64,000 nucleotides of DNA, taken from positions 10,106,001 through 10,170,000 of the forward strand of contig CM069174.1 in NCBI GenBank assembly GCA_035221665.1, given 5' to 3'. The notes under the pieces were generated by a model. It was not told the origin of the DNA and did no database searches. It worked only from the letters and a program-made list of their open reading frames with translations. Below are positions 48,422 to 61,099 of this stretch, one piece after another. The stretch comes from Okamejei kenojei. Its lineage: Eukaryota. Numbering within the stretch: the first letter of the stretch is position 1; every line of letters starts with the position of its first letter. The position numbers and the translations under genes were made by a program.

Positions 48422-48840
48422 ATTCAAGATTCAAGAGAGTTTATTGTCACGTGCCCCTGATAGGACAATGAAATTCTTGCTTTGCTTCAGCACAACAGAA
48501 CATAGTAGGCATGACTACAGATCAGATCAGTGTGCACATATATCATTATATAAATATATACACACATGAATAAATAAACTGACAAAGTGCAAATAACAGA
48601 TAATGGGCTATTAATGTTCAGAGTTTTGTCCGAGCCAAGTTTAATAGCCTGATGGCTGTGGGAAGTAGCTATTCCTGAACCTGGTTGTTGCAGTCTTCAG
48701 GCTCCTGTACCTTCTACCTGAAGGTAGCGGGGAGATGAGTGTGTGGCCAGGATGGTGTGGGTCCTTGATGATACTGCCAGCCTTTCTGAGGCAGCGACTG
48801 CGATAGATCTCCTCGATGGAAGGGAGGTCAGAGCCGATGG
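48422..48840 (-). mobile_element. Rex1/Babar-type LINE 3' fragment
   Basis: The minus strand encodes LPSGRRYRSLKTATTRFRNSYF, typical of the Rex1/Babar C-terminus, followed by a UTR and a (cttgaat) tail. Confidence 0.85.
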
Positions 48841-49079
48841 ATCAAAAGTTGATTTATAGCTACTGACTCATCTCTCCTCCTCTGCCACTTTTTTTGGAAA
48901 ACAAGCACCTGTGAACATCGACATCCATCGCAGATGTGATGTTTCTGCAGGCCAACAGTTCATCTCTCACACACAGGCCCTGAGGTGAGATAGTCCCTGT
49001 CACTGCTGACCAGGAGCCTCAGCCAAGCATGGCATCCCATGGAGCTAACCTCAGTAATGTCTTCAAGTAACTCTTGCTT

Positions 49080-49360
49080 GCACTCTCTCTCCGTCCCTCC
49101 CCATCCTAGGTCTGAGACTAGTTTCACTAAATACTACTGATTGTCAGCTTCCACACAGCCAACAATAAACCATTCTACATTTCTTGACCATAGTCTGCTT
49201 TGATCTGTCGTTTTCACACCTTACCCCTCCATATCTCCAGTCTCCCTCTCCGCTGACTCTCAGTATGAAGGGTCTCAAATCGAAACGTCACCCATTCCCT
49301 TCTCTCCAGAGATGCTGCCTGTCCCACTGAGTTACTCCAGCATTTTGAATCTATCTTCAG
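49080..49360 (+). mobile_element. Penelope-like terminal repeat fragment
   Basis: Pyrimidine-rich arm, then gaagggtctcaaatcgaaacgtcacccattcc...gagatgctgcctgtcccactgagttactccagc. Confidence 0.6.
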
Positions 49361-49507
49361 TGATGTCAGCACAGACTGACTCAGTCTGTGAAGCTAATTC
49401 AGATTGGATTAAACAGGAGCTCTCAAGAAAGACTATATCGGATTTTCCTTCACTTGAAAGGGGAGGTTGTTTATTGCCAGCTGCAAGAAAGAGGCAGATG
49501 CACTCAC

Positions 49508-49630
49508 CGCTTTCTGATAGGCGGCGGGTTTTGGTTCATCGTATCCGTCACCCGATTCATCGTCGCTCCATTCCCAGCCTCCGTCCTCGGTTTTGTACAA
49601 GTGACCGCTCGACCCCTGCATGCGCATCGT
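49508..49630 (-). CDS. STK39-like: SPAK/OSR1-family kinase exon, S-motif and WEW motif (123 nt)
   Basis: [41 protein letters not shown]; CAG acceptor, GTGAGT donor; phase 0 to 0. Confidence 0.93.
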
Positions 49631-49974
49631 CTGCAGGCAATCACAGTGCAGCTGCAAGGTTAGTCGGAAGCATTTTGATTTCCTGCCAAGACGACACTTC
49701 TTGCTGGCAGGGTTTCTCCTGCCTTCGTCTGAAGGCACCGATGACACGAGGGACCCTGTTTCGTAAGCCCAGACACTGCCTATCATCCACAGCATCAGGG
49801 GCTCAACCCTGCCCCACTGTTTGTTGGACATTCCCCTTGCTCACTACTTCAGTTATGCACGGAGCCGACCCACGAGCTGGCCGTGAGCTCTATTAGTGCG
49901 TGTATGGGTTTTTATCCCTCACACAGTGCAGCAAACAGGACACTTGCTTTTAGCTAGCATTCATAGATCGGGGG

Positions 49975-50242
49975 TGGACAAAAGTACTGGAGAAACTCAT
50001 CGGGTGCAGCAGCATCTATGGAGCAAAGGAAATAGGCAACGTTTCGCCCCTTTCGGGTTTCGGCCCGAAACGTTGCCTATTTCCTTTCCTGGTATCGGGG
50101 CGAAACGCTGCCTCTTTCCTTTCGGGTGTCGGGCCGAAACGTTGCCTATTTCCTTCGCTCCATAGATGCTGCTGTACCCGCTGAGTTTCTCCAGCACTTT
50201 TGTCTACCTTTGATTTTCCAGCATCTGCAGTTCCTTCTTAAA
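49975..50242. mobile_element. Palindromic Penelope-like fragment with reiterated gaaacgttgcctatttcc units
   Basis: Inverted arms of about 70 bp enclose three + strand copies of the GAAACG unit. Confidence 0.65.
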
Positions 50243-50264
50243 CAATTCATAATTCATTGAATAC

Positions 50265-51000
50265 GAGTCAGGCAGTCATGACGCAGCTTTATAGGACTTG
50301 GTTAGGCTGCATTTGTAGTTTTGCATGCAGTTCTGGTCACCCAGTTACAGGAAAGATGTGGAGACTTTGGAGAGGGTGCAGAGAAGGTTTACCAGGATGA
50401 TGCCTGGATTGTGAGGTGTTAGCTACAGGGAGAGGTTAGACAGACTTGGATTGTTTTCTCTGGAACACCAGAGGTTGAGGGGAGTCCTGATATAAGTATA
50501 TAAAATGATGAGAGGCGTAGGTAGGGTCAGCAGGCAGACTTTTTTTTCTCTCAGGATGGAAAAAGCTCAAATATAGAGAGCACAGCTCTCTAGCCCTTCA
50601 GTCTAAAGAAGGGTCTTGACCCGAAACGTCACCCATTCCTTCTCTCCAGAGATGCTGCCTGTCCCACTGAGTGACTCCAGCATTTTATGTCTACCTTCGA
50701 TTTACACCCAGCATCTGCAGTTCTTTCCTACACACAGAGAACATAGCTTTAAGGTGAGAGGGGCAAAGTTTAAAGGAGATGTGCGGGCAGGTTTTTTTTT
50801 TTTTTACACAAAGGGTGGCAGGTGCCTGGAGTGCACTGCCGTGGTGGTCAGATACGACCGTGGCGTTTAAGAAACTTATGGACATGCAGGGAATGAAGTG
50901 GATTATGTGCAGGCAATGAGTGGTCAGAGATGATCTTGGCATCATGTTCAACACATTGTGAGCTGCAGGGCCTGTTCTTGCGCTGTACCGTTCTTTGTTC
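50265..51000 (+). mobile_element. Decayed CR1-clade LINE 3' fragment interrupted by a Penelope-like insert (about 50590-50735)
   Basis: ttggttaggctgcatttgtag...gagagggtgcagagaaggtttaccaggatga and aaggtgagaggggcaaagtttaaaggagatg. Confidence 0.75.
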
Positions 51001-52563
51001 TAGCCATCTGCTGTTGGACAGGAAGTGCACCACTACTAAAGGGCAAGTTACTGAGGTGGGAACTGGAGCTTGGAATACAAGTAATTTGAACTCTGTACGC
51101 TTGCCAGGATTCTCACCCTTCATCCACTGCCCTACTGTAAGTAACCAGTGAACATGCTATCTTTACCTCTGCTGTGAGGAGCTGAATGGGTTGGTCTACA
51201 ATGATAATTCTATCCTGATGAAGGTGGGGCAGCTGGTCTGCAAATGATAGATGCTGGCACAGACTGAAGCTCATTTCTAACTGATACCAAAGTGTGATCC
51301 TGTGACAAACACGCGATACATCCACGAGGAATGAAAGAAGTGCATTTCTACACCGTCGTTACATGTCAGTGAGAAACACTCCGTCCTTTATCAGTGCCGT
51401 TACTATTGCTACGTAGACAATTGCAGCCAGAAATTTGCGCCAAGCATGATTATGATCTACAAACAGCAATGCAATGTGTGGTCAGGGATGGATGTTAGGC
51501 AAGAGAATAGCCCCATTTCTGTTACTGAATAATGCTGGCTGATATTTTTTTTTTAAACATCCACCTGGACCAGATTCATTTTGGAGACCAGATTCATTTT
51601 GTATTCGAATGATGGCATCTTTGACCTTGCCAACCATTTGATGTGGAGCAGAGTGTGCTAAATGGTGCTTGCTTTGAGTCTGGGCAATCTGTTGTGAAAA
51701 CTTGCACTGCCTCTGCTAGGTAATATTCTCTGACGCTTTCGGGAAATACAGACCTTTTTGCTAGGCCCGGGCTCACTCGCAGACTTTGGTATCGTGCCAG
51801 TAGCTTGCACTGTGTTGTCAGCCTGCAAGAAGATAGAAGAAGTCTATTTGCGCCAGTGTATAGAGTGGAAAAGGCACAGATCGATGTGTCCCTCTGAGCA
51901 GTCCAGTGCTGCACCTAGGTCTCTCTTTACATGCCGTGTCTCTTTGCACCTTAACCCAAACTTCATGGATTTTTAGGCCTGATTTAAAATCTCAGAATAT
52001 TGCCTTTTCTTGCCTCATCTCTGAGCACCATAAGCTTGAAATGAGAATAGTTGTCCAAGTGAAGCTGAAAAGCAAACAGTTTGCCTGCAATTGCCTGATG
52101 TAGACACTTTCCCAAGGGATTTTCCTGTGTTGTAGGTGACGAGGAACAAAGTAAGGCTTGAAGCACGATGAACAGATACATAATTAGATCCCAACAGCAT
52201 GCCAGTGAACTGCTATGACTTAGTTTGTCTCCATTAGACTCCTTTATAATGGTCACTCCTTTATAAAGCATCAAGCAGTTCGTTACTCTTGCACTCCAAT
52301 CAACAGCAGCTTGCTTTGGTTCGCCGACACCATACACAACCTTTGCAAACATCTGCCTTCTAAGTTTCCATCACCTCTTTAGTACTTTGTGTACCACTTT
52401 GCTCCTCAGTGTGTTGCGTAAACTACTGTATCACCGTCCACTGGCAGTGCTCAATTCAGGCAGGTTAACCAAACTTGAAGGCAGATCTTTTCAGACACCA
52501 GAGTGCAAATGCAAATCTTCCCCCACCCCGAGCTTCCCAGAATGACCGACAAGCAGCCCTTAC

Positions 52564-52629
52564 CTTTGGGTCCCTTTGCCCTCTGCATTGTGGTTGTCCC
52601 AACAACTTCTCCATCAAATAATCTTTATT
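52564..52629 (-). CDS. STK39-like: SPAK/OSR1-family kinase exon, PF1 region (66 nt)
   Basis: NKDYLMEKLLGQPQCRGQRDPK, compared with SPAK NREYLIEKLL...; ccttgtttCAG acceptor, GTAAGG donor; phase 0 to 0. Confidence 0.88.
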
Positions 52630-53458
52630 CTGAAACAAGGCAATGGGTTTTGCATAAATCCACAGCTATAGAGTCTCGGTTCAATTGAAAAAGCAACATG
52701 TATCCAGTGGGAGCAGGAAGAGGAAAGCAATTCTTTGCCAGATATGCGCATTTGTATCACACAGTTCGACTCTGCCTCTACCCGGCTTGTCCTCATGCAT
52801 CATCAGCCCCCCAGCGGAAATGGCGCATGCCCGGCTGAAGAATGATCAACTCTGTCACCCCACTGCCACTCTCCCTCTTCCGGTTTTCCATACTGCTCCC
52901 ACAGATCAACTGGAAAATCAGCTCCAAAGGATCAGATAAAGCCCACTACTGTTTGGGATTGGGGCAAACACATGTATAGCAAGTTAATGGTTGGAAGGTG
53001 CTGATGTAAAGGCAGGTGCATGAAAGTTCACAGAGGCCTTCCAAAAGGGATTGGATCATTACATTGAATAGTAAAATGACAGGACTTTGTGGACTGGCTG
53101 TGTTGCTGTGGTAGAGAGCCAGGACTGGCACCATGGGCCAAATGGCCACCTCCTGCACTGTTATCATTGTATGATTGTGCACTGGAATCACCCAGGCTTC
53201 AGTGGTTACAAGCCAAGTGATGGAAAAGGGGGTTAATGTGGATGGGTCAGTATGGACGCGGTGGCCGAATGGCCTGCTTGCGTGCTGTGTGTCTCTACAA
53301 TTGTATAAGTGAAGACTGTTTTGTTGAGAAGTGCAATGAGACCAGTAGTCTGGAATTCCATCTCACGTGTAAATGACTGGCATGGGCGTCACTGTTGAAA
53401 CAGACTCTCGCCGCGGTTCATGCCACCGCTGGGTTATTCACTTTCCTCTCTCATTTAC

Positions 53459-53507
53459 CTTTGATTTCTGAAAGAATTTGTGCTTCAGCAGCTCTGCTGC
53501 AGTGGGC
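53459..53507 (-). CDS. STK39-like: SPAK/OSR1-family kinase exon, end of kinase domain (49 nt)
   Basis: (R)PTAAELLKHKFFQKSK; ttttaCAG acceptor, GTAAAT donor; phase 2 to 0. Confidence 0.93.
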
Positions 53508-53784
53508 CTGTAAAATAGAGTATACAGAGTGAGTTGGGCACGTTGAAAGCGGGAAGGAGTGGTCGGGGCATTGCGATGAACCGGCAGCCTGGCCGGGAAA
53601 CCGAGGCCACATCAGGTAAACGTCAGACATCAGCAGCACACTTCCTCTTTTCTTTACCGCCTCGCGAGCCTCTGCCCCGCTTTCACCTGGTGGAGGGAGT
53701 TGGCTGCTGTCCCTTTGTGCTCTCTAGTCACACATGGCTGTCTGGGAGCAACATTGAAATGCAAACTGGACACCCAGTGTCCGT

Positions 53785-53852
53785 GCACGCACACACACAC
53801 ACACGCACACGCACACACACACACGCACACGCACACGCACACGCCCACACAC
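53785..53852. repeat. Compound (CA)n/(CACACG)n microsatellite
   Basis: Directly visible alternating purine-pyrimidine tract. Confidence 0.9.
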
Positions 53853-54506
53853 AGCACCTGGTGCATCAGGCTGTTTTTGCCGCAAGTTCTTGGAGATTTA
53901 CGATCACTGTTCCCACCTCCTCACCTGTTCCCATGACTTGCAACCCCCAGCTATAACTGGATGGCTCGTTATGGTTCATTCGTAGGCAAGAGTAGGAACA
54001 GGCACTCATCCTATCCTTCAATGTCAAAGCTTATAGCGATACTGAGATACAGCAGGGAAACAGGCCCTTCAGCCCAGCGAGTCCATGCCAACCAGCAATC
54101 ACCTGAAAATACTAGTTCTACGTTATCCCCCTTTCTCATCCACTTCCAACACACCAGGGGCAATTTATGGAGGGCCAATTAACCTACAAATCCTCATGTC
54201 TTTGGGATATGGGAGGAAACCCACGTGATCACAGGGAGAACTTGTAAACTCCACACAGACAGCACCTGAGGTTAGAATCGAACCTGGCACTGCGAGACAG
54301 CAGCTCTACCAGCTTGTGATCAACAGGAATCGCCTTTCTCTCTGCAGCTGGATTTCAGCCCTCGTCTTGAAGGCGGCACTAATATGTGTTGCCCCGAGTA
54401 CTCGATCGGTCCGAGTCATGGCTTCAGCTGATCCCGATCCCACAGCCCTGTCTCCTGGCCTACGTTCCTATTGCATTCTGTTTATGACCAACGTCAGTGA
54501 ACACAC

Positions 54507-54640
54507 CTCTTTGTAGGGTCCTTCTGCAGGCACAGGGCAATCAGTTTACGGAAGGACTTGCCATACTTCTTAACCATCTCCTTGTCCTCTACACCCGTCT
54601 CGAGAATAGGGGGCTCGTTCTGGAGAGTCACCATCAGAAC
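54507..54640 (-). CDS. STK39-like: SPAK/OSR1-family kinase exon (134 nt)
   Basis: [45 protein letters not shown]; phase 0 to 2. Confidence 0.95.
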
Positions 54641-55422
54641 CTGGAGCCGGGTTAAAGGAGAGACGAGTTGTAATGTGCACTGGGAGTGCTCTCCTACTGT
54701 AACCAAAACATCACTGTACTCAAAACATTCAAGCCGCCACCAACTGCTGTTTTATCATTCAACTCGGTTTCCGTTTCTTGCAACCTTTTTTCCTTTAATC
54801 CGGTCCTAGCAACTAAAAAAAAAAAATCAGCTCCATTCTGACATTGAAATAAACACAGCTTAGTTCAAATTCCATTGCAAATCAGTCACGGGCTTGGATC
54901 ATGAAGTCAAATTGTAATCAGTTTGCATAAAATCGGCATTCTGAAATAGATTACTGGCTGATTGAACATTTTAGTTTTAGTTTTAAACAGGCAACTTAAC
55001 ACATTTTGTTTCCAGACAGTTGCTAATTAAGTATTTAGGTGCTATGCTAAGGGTGCTATGAACTTTAGATCTTGATTTACAGTTCCTAGAAAACCCACAA
55101 ACCTAGATTAGATTTATTTTGCAAGGAAAAATGTAATTCATCTGGTTCTGTGTCACTCACTCCCGGTGATACAGGATTCTCTCCAGATAGACAAAGTGCT
55201 GGAGTAACTCAGCGGGTCAGGCGGCATCTCTGGAGAGAAGGAATGGGTGACGTTTCGGTTCCCAAAACGTCACCATTCCTTCCCTCCAGAGATGCCGCCT
55301 GACCCGCTGAGTTACTCCAGTACTTTGTGTCTCTCCTTCGGTGTAAACCAGCGTCAACAGTTCCTTCCGACACATTCTCTCCAGATAACTTACTCCCGAA
55401 CATCCATCAAATGTGCAAGCTA

Positions 55423-55560
<138 letters not shown>

Positions 55561-55719
55561 TCAGGAGTTGGTCTGAAGCAACTGGAAACCATCTGAAAGG
55601 GGACTTGTGCAACATTAGTGTGCTCACCACAACGCTGACATCTGCTGGAAACTCAAGGAAGTGCAGCTGCAGATGGTGGAATCATGGAGTAGAAACAAGG
55701 ACACAAAGTGCTGGGCTAA

Positions 55720-55934
55720 TGCCCCGTCCCACTTAGGAAACCTGAACGGAAACCTCTGGAGAATTTGCGCCCCACCCAAGGTTTCCGTGCGGTTCCCAGA
55801 GGTTCCCGGAGGTTTTTTTCTGTCTCCCTAATGGTCGAAACTGACAAAAACCTCCGGGAGCCGCACGGAAACCTTGGGTGGGGCACAAAGTCTCCAGAGG
55901 TTTCCGTTCAGGTTTCCTAAGTGGGGCAGGGGCA
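55720..55934. mobile_element. MITE, PIF/Harbinger-like, nested in a Penelope-like repeat
   Basis: TIRs tgccccgtcccacttagg / cctaagtggggcaggggca; TAA TSD at 55717-19 and 55935-37. Confidence 0.85.
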
Positions 55935-55937
55935 TAA

Positions 55938-56360
55938 CTCTGCATCTCCGGGGAATATGGATAGGTGATGTTTTGGGGCAGAACCCCTTTTCAGATGTAT
56001 TGTGGTGGGGTGAGGGGGTGGGGGGAAAGAAAGCTGAAAGAAATGAGAGATAGACAAAGCCTGGCAAGTGATAGGTGGATACAGGTGAGGGTTTTTATTG
56101 GATAGGTGAATGTTTGAACAAAGTCAGATATGAAAGGACTAAAGGACAGATAAGAACAGAAGAGGTTGTCAATTGTGAAACCAGAGGAAGGAATATAGGT
56201 GGGAGGGGGAGGGGAGAAATGGGTGCAAATCCAGGTAGGGCACAGGGAAGAGAAGGAAGGGGGGGGGGGTTACCTAAAATTGCAGATTTCAATGTTCATA
56301 CTATTGGGTTGTAAGCTACCTATGGAATATGAGGTGCGGTTCCTCCAGTGTGTGAGGCCT
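55938..56360 (-). mobile_element. Penelope-like 3' end/terminal repeat fragment
   Basis: Continuation of the acacaaagtgctgg..taactc motif, a GA-rich arm and tcaatgttcatactattgggttgtaagctacc (end of a PLE ORF, LGSLQPNSMNIE). Confidence 0.65.
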
Positions 56361-58087
56361 CGCTCTGGCAATGTTCAGGGGGTCAAGCAGCATCTGTTGT
56401 GGAAATGGACAGGCAATGTTTCAGGTTGGAACCCTTCTTCAGACTAAAGAAGATTCCCTCAGCCAAATGTTGTTTGTCCATTTCCCCCCCACAGATGCTG
56501 TCAGACCCACCGAGTCTCTCCAGTATTTCAGGTTTTTTTTGCTCAAGATTTCAGCATCTGCAGTCACTTGTGTCTCCCTTGTATACCATGGAACCTTTTG
56601 ATGCTTCAAAATGCTATCCTTAATGTACATGTTGGGCTGTGAATAGCAATCAATGATTTAAGATTTATCTAATGGCTGACAATCTTGTCAAGCCATCTCC
56701 AAATTAGCAGATGGGTAACAAATACAAGTGAAACTAGGATTGTGATACCAGATGCCAGACTCCCAGAGGATGTGAGCTGCATCTGGCTCACAGGCTACAG
56801 ATGCAGCTCACAGTTTCCTCCTGGAAATAATCAGCTACTATTTTAGTGCAAGTTCAATTGCTGAGGTCAATTGCAATTTATTTTTTAAAGGGAAATAGGA
56901 AAACCCTGGAAAGCTAGAATAAAATCAAAATGCTGGAGATACGGCAGATCAGGCAACATGTGCGAAGAGTTTCAGCTTAAGGCTGAAAGCATTCAAATAA
57001 AAGTCTTTGCTGGATAATTAACAGAGGGCTGATTTTAGAGATTGAGTTTGCATTCCACGTTGACGTTACATTTTCTAATCCATGCTTAACTGAGGCAAAA
57101 CAAATGGTACCTGCACCACCACATTTTGTGATAGGAGATATTTGTCCAAGAATAAAATGTAACACATTTTGGCCTTTCACCAAATCCAGCGCTGACAGCT
57201 TCCAATGAAACCAGATCAAGATACAGCCCACCCAGAGTACAATTCGACACACCCATTCCATATTTTAATAGTGCACCCACTCCATTTTGTAACAATCCTT
57301 CCTCATGATTTGGCTGCATCCATCCCATCCTTTGCACTTGATCCACCACAAGCCTCGTCACATGAATAACGATCTCACAGTGAAGCACTGAGAGCTGATG
57401 AAATATCATTTCTGCGGTTGGTAAATGGGATTAGACAGCAAGGCGGAAGGCTTAAATATGAGAGTATGCAGTGAAGCGGTTTTGGACATTAGCATATCAT
57501 ATTTATGTTCTGCAATTCTGCATTCCAAAGGCTCATTTTATATTCACAGTACCTGGAAGGTACCAGGGGGGTGGTGGAAGCAGATACCATAGTGGGTTTT
57601 AAGAGGCTTTTGGTTAAGCACATGAATATGCAGGGAATGGAGGGACATGGTTCATGTGCCGGCACGAGGGATTAGTTTAATTTGACATCAATGATCTACA
57701 TTGGTCCACTGAAGTAACCATGGCACAACCCCTTTATAAGGCACGAGGAAGAGTAATACCACGGTACATTGGGCATTTCCTGGAGCAATGTTTTGGTGGC
57801 CACCGGGCTGAGGTTTGCCAACCTATGTCACCCAAATCAGATTGTCACAACCTCCAGCAGACTTTGATTGGGTCCGTTTTGGAGGTGAAAAGAGTGCTCA
57901 AGCTCCCTAATACCCGTCGGCCCCAGGAACGTTAGAGATCCCATCGCTCAACAAGGGAGATATGAATCAGGTTCCCTAATTCACTCTGCAAGCATCAGGG
58001 TTAAGTTGGTAAACCACAACTGAACAAGCCATATTAGGTTAAAGTCTGGGTTTGCGAAACAAATGATGCAAACCAGGCCCTACTTTA

Positions 58088-58435
<348 letters not shown>

Positions 58436-59628
58436 TTATTGCAGTGACAATAGGAAATGTTATTTAATTACCTCAGGAGACACAAAAATATAGATTAAAC
58501 ATTATGGAGTACAAGCTACGCTCATCCAGAACTTTGCCTCCTCAGTGTCATTCATCCATCATTCCTGTGTTTACCGGCACTGGCTCCCGGTCCAGCAACA
58601 TCTCAGATTTAAAGATCATATCTTGCAGTTCAAATCTCATGATTGCTTCATCCACAACCTCTTCTAGCTCTGCAACGCTCCGAGTCTGTGTTCCTGGAAA
58701 GCCGACCCCCCCCCAATCACTCCCCACCTCCTTTAACATTCTGCCTTCAGCTCCCTGCGTTCCAGAATTTCCTCCTTAAATCGCCCTGCCTCTTTTTTCC
58801 CCCCACTTTAAGAGGCCCTGTAAAACCTATGTCTTTGACAGATATTTTGGTCTCCTGTATCATTGTTTTTTTGTCCAATAATATTCCTTCGAAATGCCTA
58901 GAAATATTTTCGCTGTGTTCAAGCTACAAATTCAAGTGTTGCTTCATAAAACTCGGTCTCCAAAGGACACTTTGGTAACAACATTCTCTGCCTTCCTTTC
59001 CCTGAAAGTACTGGCTATTGCTTTAATAGAATTCAGTGGAGACTGGGTAGTGAACAAGTACTAGCACTCCAACAAGTAAACATGTTTTATACAATGCTGT
59101 AAATAGGCAACAGCAAATTGGCAGCTCATTTGTATTTCATTTGCTTATTTGGAAAAAAAACTTAGGCAAAGATATAAAATCAGCTATCACTTACTTTACA
59201 TTATTGTGCACTCAAAAGGGTCCCCACTACTCAGATAGCATGTGTACTGATTGCTTTAACCTTTCAGTTTATTACTGAGATTAGATTATAGAGGAACTGT
59301 GATTTCAGCTCGAGGGTAGAGCCAGCAATAGAATCAATTCTCACAAAGCCGAGACTACTGCAGACTTTGCAGCTCCTTAGATACTGCTGCTCCCGCTGAG
59401 TTTCTCCAGCTTTTTGTGTACCCTCTACTGCAGACTTTGGGGTCTGTGTCACCATTACTCACTTTACCTCCCGGTTACAATTGGAGATGCTGGGATGTTA
59501 AAAATAATCACGTTTGTTTTCTGTTCTAGTAATAATCTACACTGGCCTAATTCATTTAATTTGCAAGCAAAGTACATTATTTTGAGTTAATTTTTGAATT
59601 AAGTGACATTAGCATCTGCTCAACTTAC

Positions 59629-59684
59629 CTGCAATTTGTATAGATCCATCGTCTCCAAATAGAATATTACCAGCTTTAACGTCC
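59629..59684 (-). CDS. STK39-like: SPAK/OSR1-family kinase exon, catalytic loop (56 nt)
   Basis: (R)DVKAGNILFGDDGSIQIA(D); tttCAG acceptor, GTAAGT donor; phase 2 to 1. Not in the ORF track. Confidence 0.94.
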
Positions 59685-60669
59685 CTGAAAATAATACAGA
59701 TATTAAAAAACAATTAGGATTACTGATGATTGTCACACCTTGTGTCCCTTTGCTTTGTCCACTGCCTCAGTCACCCTTCCCTTGTTGGTTGTGGCTGATG
59801 AACCTCTCTATTTAAGAGGTTGTGCTAATCAACCTTTAAACAAAGGAGGACACAGCCAAAGAACTGACCAGTTTGTGGTCGAATTGGACGTGCCGTTGTC
59901 CCTGGGCCAGTGGGTTATTGAGACTCCGAGCCAAAAAATCTACGCTGACACTCAGTGTAGCATCCTGCCTTCAGATGAGATATTAAACCAAGGCCCCACG
60001 TGCTCTCCCATCGCAAATAGATAATATGCCTGGGTTGCTGACCAAGATTATAGCCTGACCCACTGAGTTCCTCCAGCCATTTGTTTTCTGCTCATGGTCA
60101 CAGGGAGAATGAGCAAACTCCACACAGACAGCGCCGGAGGTTGGGATTGAATCGGAGTATCTGGAGCTGTGAGACTGCACCGCCATGCTGTCTCCTCTAT
60201 AGGAGGAACTGGACGGTACTTCAATAAAAGGATTGATGAACTCCCAAATTGGTAGGCCATTTGATCCTTTGAGCCTGCTCTGTCATTTAGTAAGATTAAG
60301 GCTGACCTGATTGTAACCTCAACTCCTCATTCGCGTCTACCCCCCAATAACTTTCTCTACTTGCTTATCAAGAATCAACTTCCCTATTCCTTAAAACTAT
60401 TCATTAAGACTGCTTCCACCACCCTTTGAGGAACAGTGCTCCAATTGACCTTACCTCTGTCATAAATGTGTGACCGCTCATATTTAAGCAGTGATCCTTA
60501 GTTCCAGATTCACCCACAAGAGGAAACAACCTCTCCACAAATAACCTGTCAAGACCCTCAGGATCTTATCTGCAGCATCCTATTAAGGACATTTTCTTGT
60601 TTGATAAACAGTTAAATTGCTTTGGATTGAGACTCGGTACGAGTTAGGAGCAAAGGTTCGAAGGTTCAC

Positions 60670-60811
60670 CTGTGTATCTGTCCATTCCTATGCAGATAAT
60701 CCAAGCCCTCCAGCACCTCTTTGAGAACGGTTGCAATCACTGGTTCATCCAGCACGCCAGTCCTGTGTTCATTCCTGCTCACTGTCTTCCTGATTATGTC
60801 CAGCATAGAGC
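60670..60811 (-). CDS. STK39-like: SPAK/OSR1-family kinase exon (142 nt)
   Basis: [48 protein letters not shown]; phase 1 to 2; canonical AG/GT. Confidence 0.95.
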
Positions 60812-61099
60812 CTGAAAGGGAAGCAAAGCACTGTCCACCTTGCATCCAAGCAGAAGTCTTGCCCTCTCTTTTTACTATTACACCATGCACCCCCATGACC
60901 CCCACCACTCCTGTGGTCTTTCTCTCACCTTCTTCGGGAGGTTATGAAGAGAAGGCAAGAGAAGAGAATAGGGTTGAGAGGGAAAGATAGATAAGCCACG
61001 ATTGAATGGCGGAGTAGACTCGATGGGCCGAATGGTCTAATTCTGCTCCTACAACTTATCCTACAACTTATGAACATGTCAATGTGTTGGTGTAATGGG

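Noticed and set aside
52859-52909. Minus-strand segment reading DLWEQYGKPEEGEWQWG, reminiscent of the WEW motif
   Set aside because: That frame is incompatible with the flanking phase-0 introns, the donor (GTGACA) is weak and the similarity is marginal.
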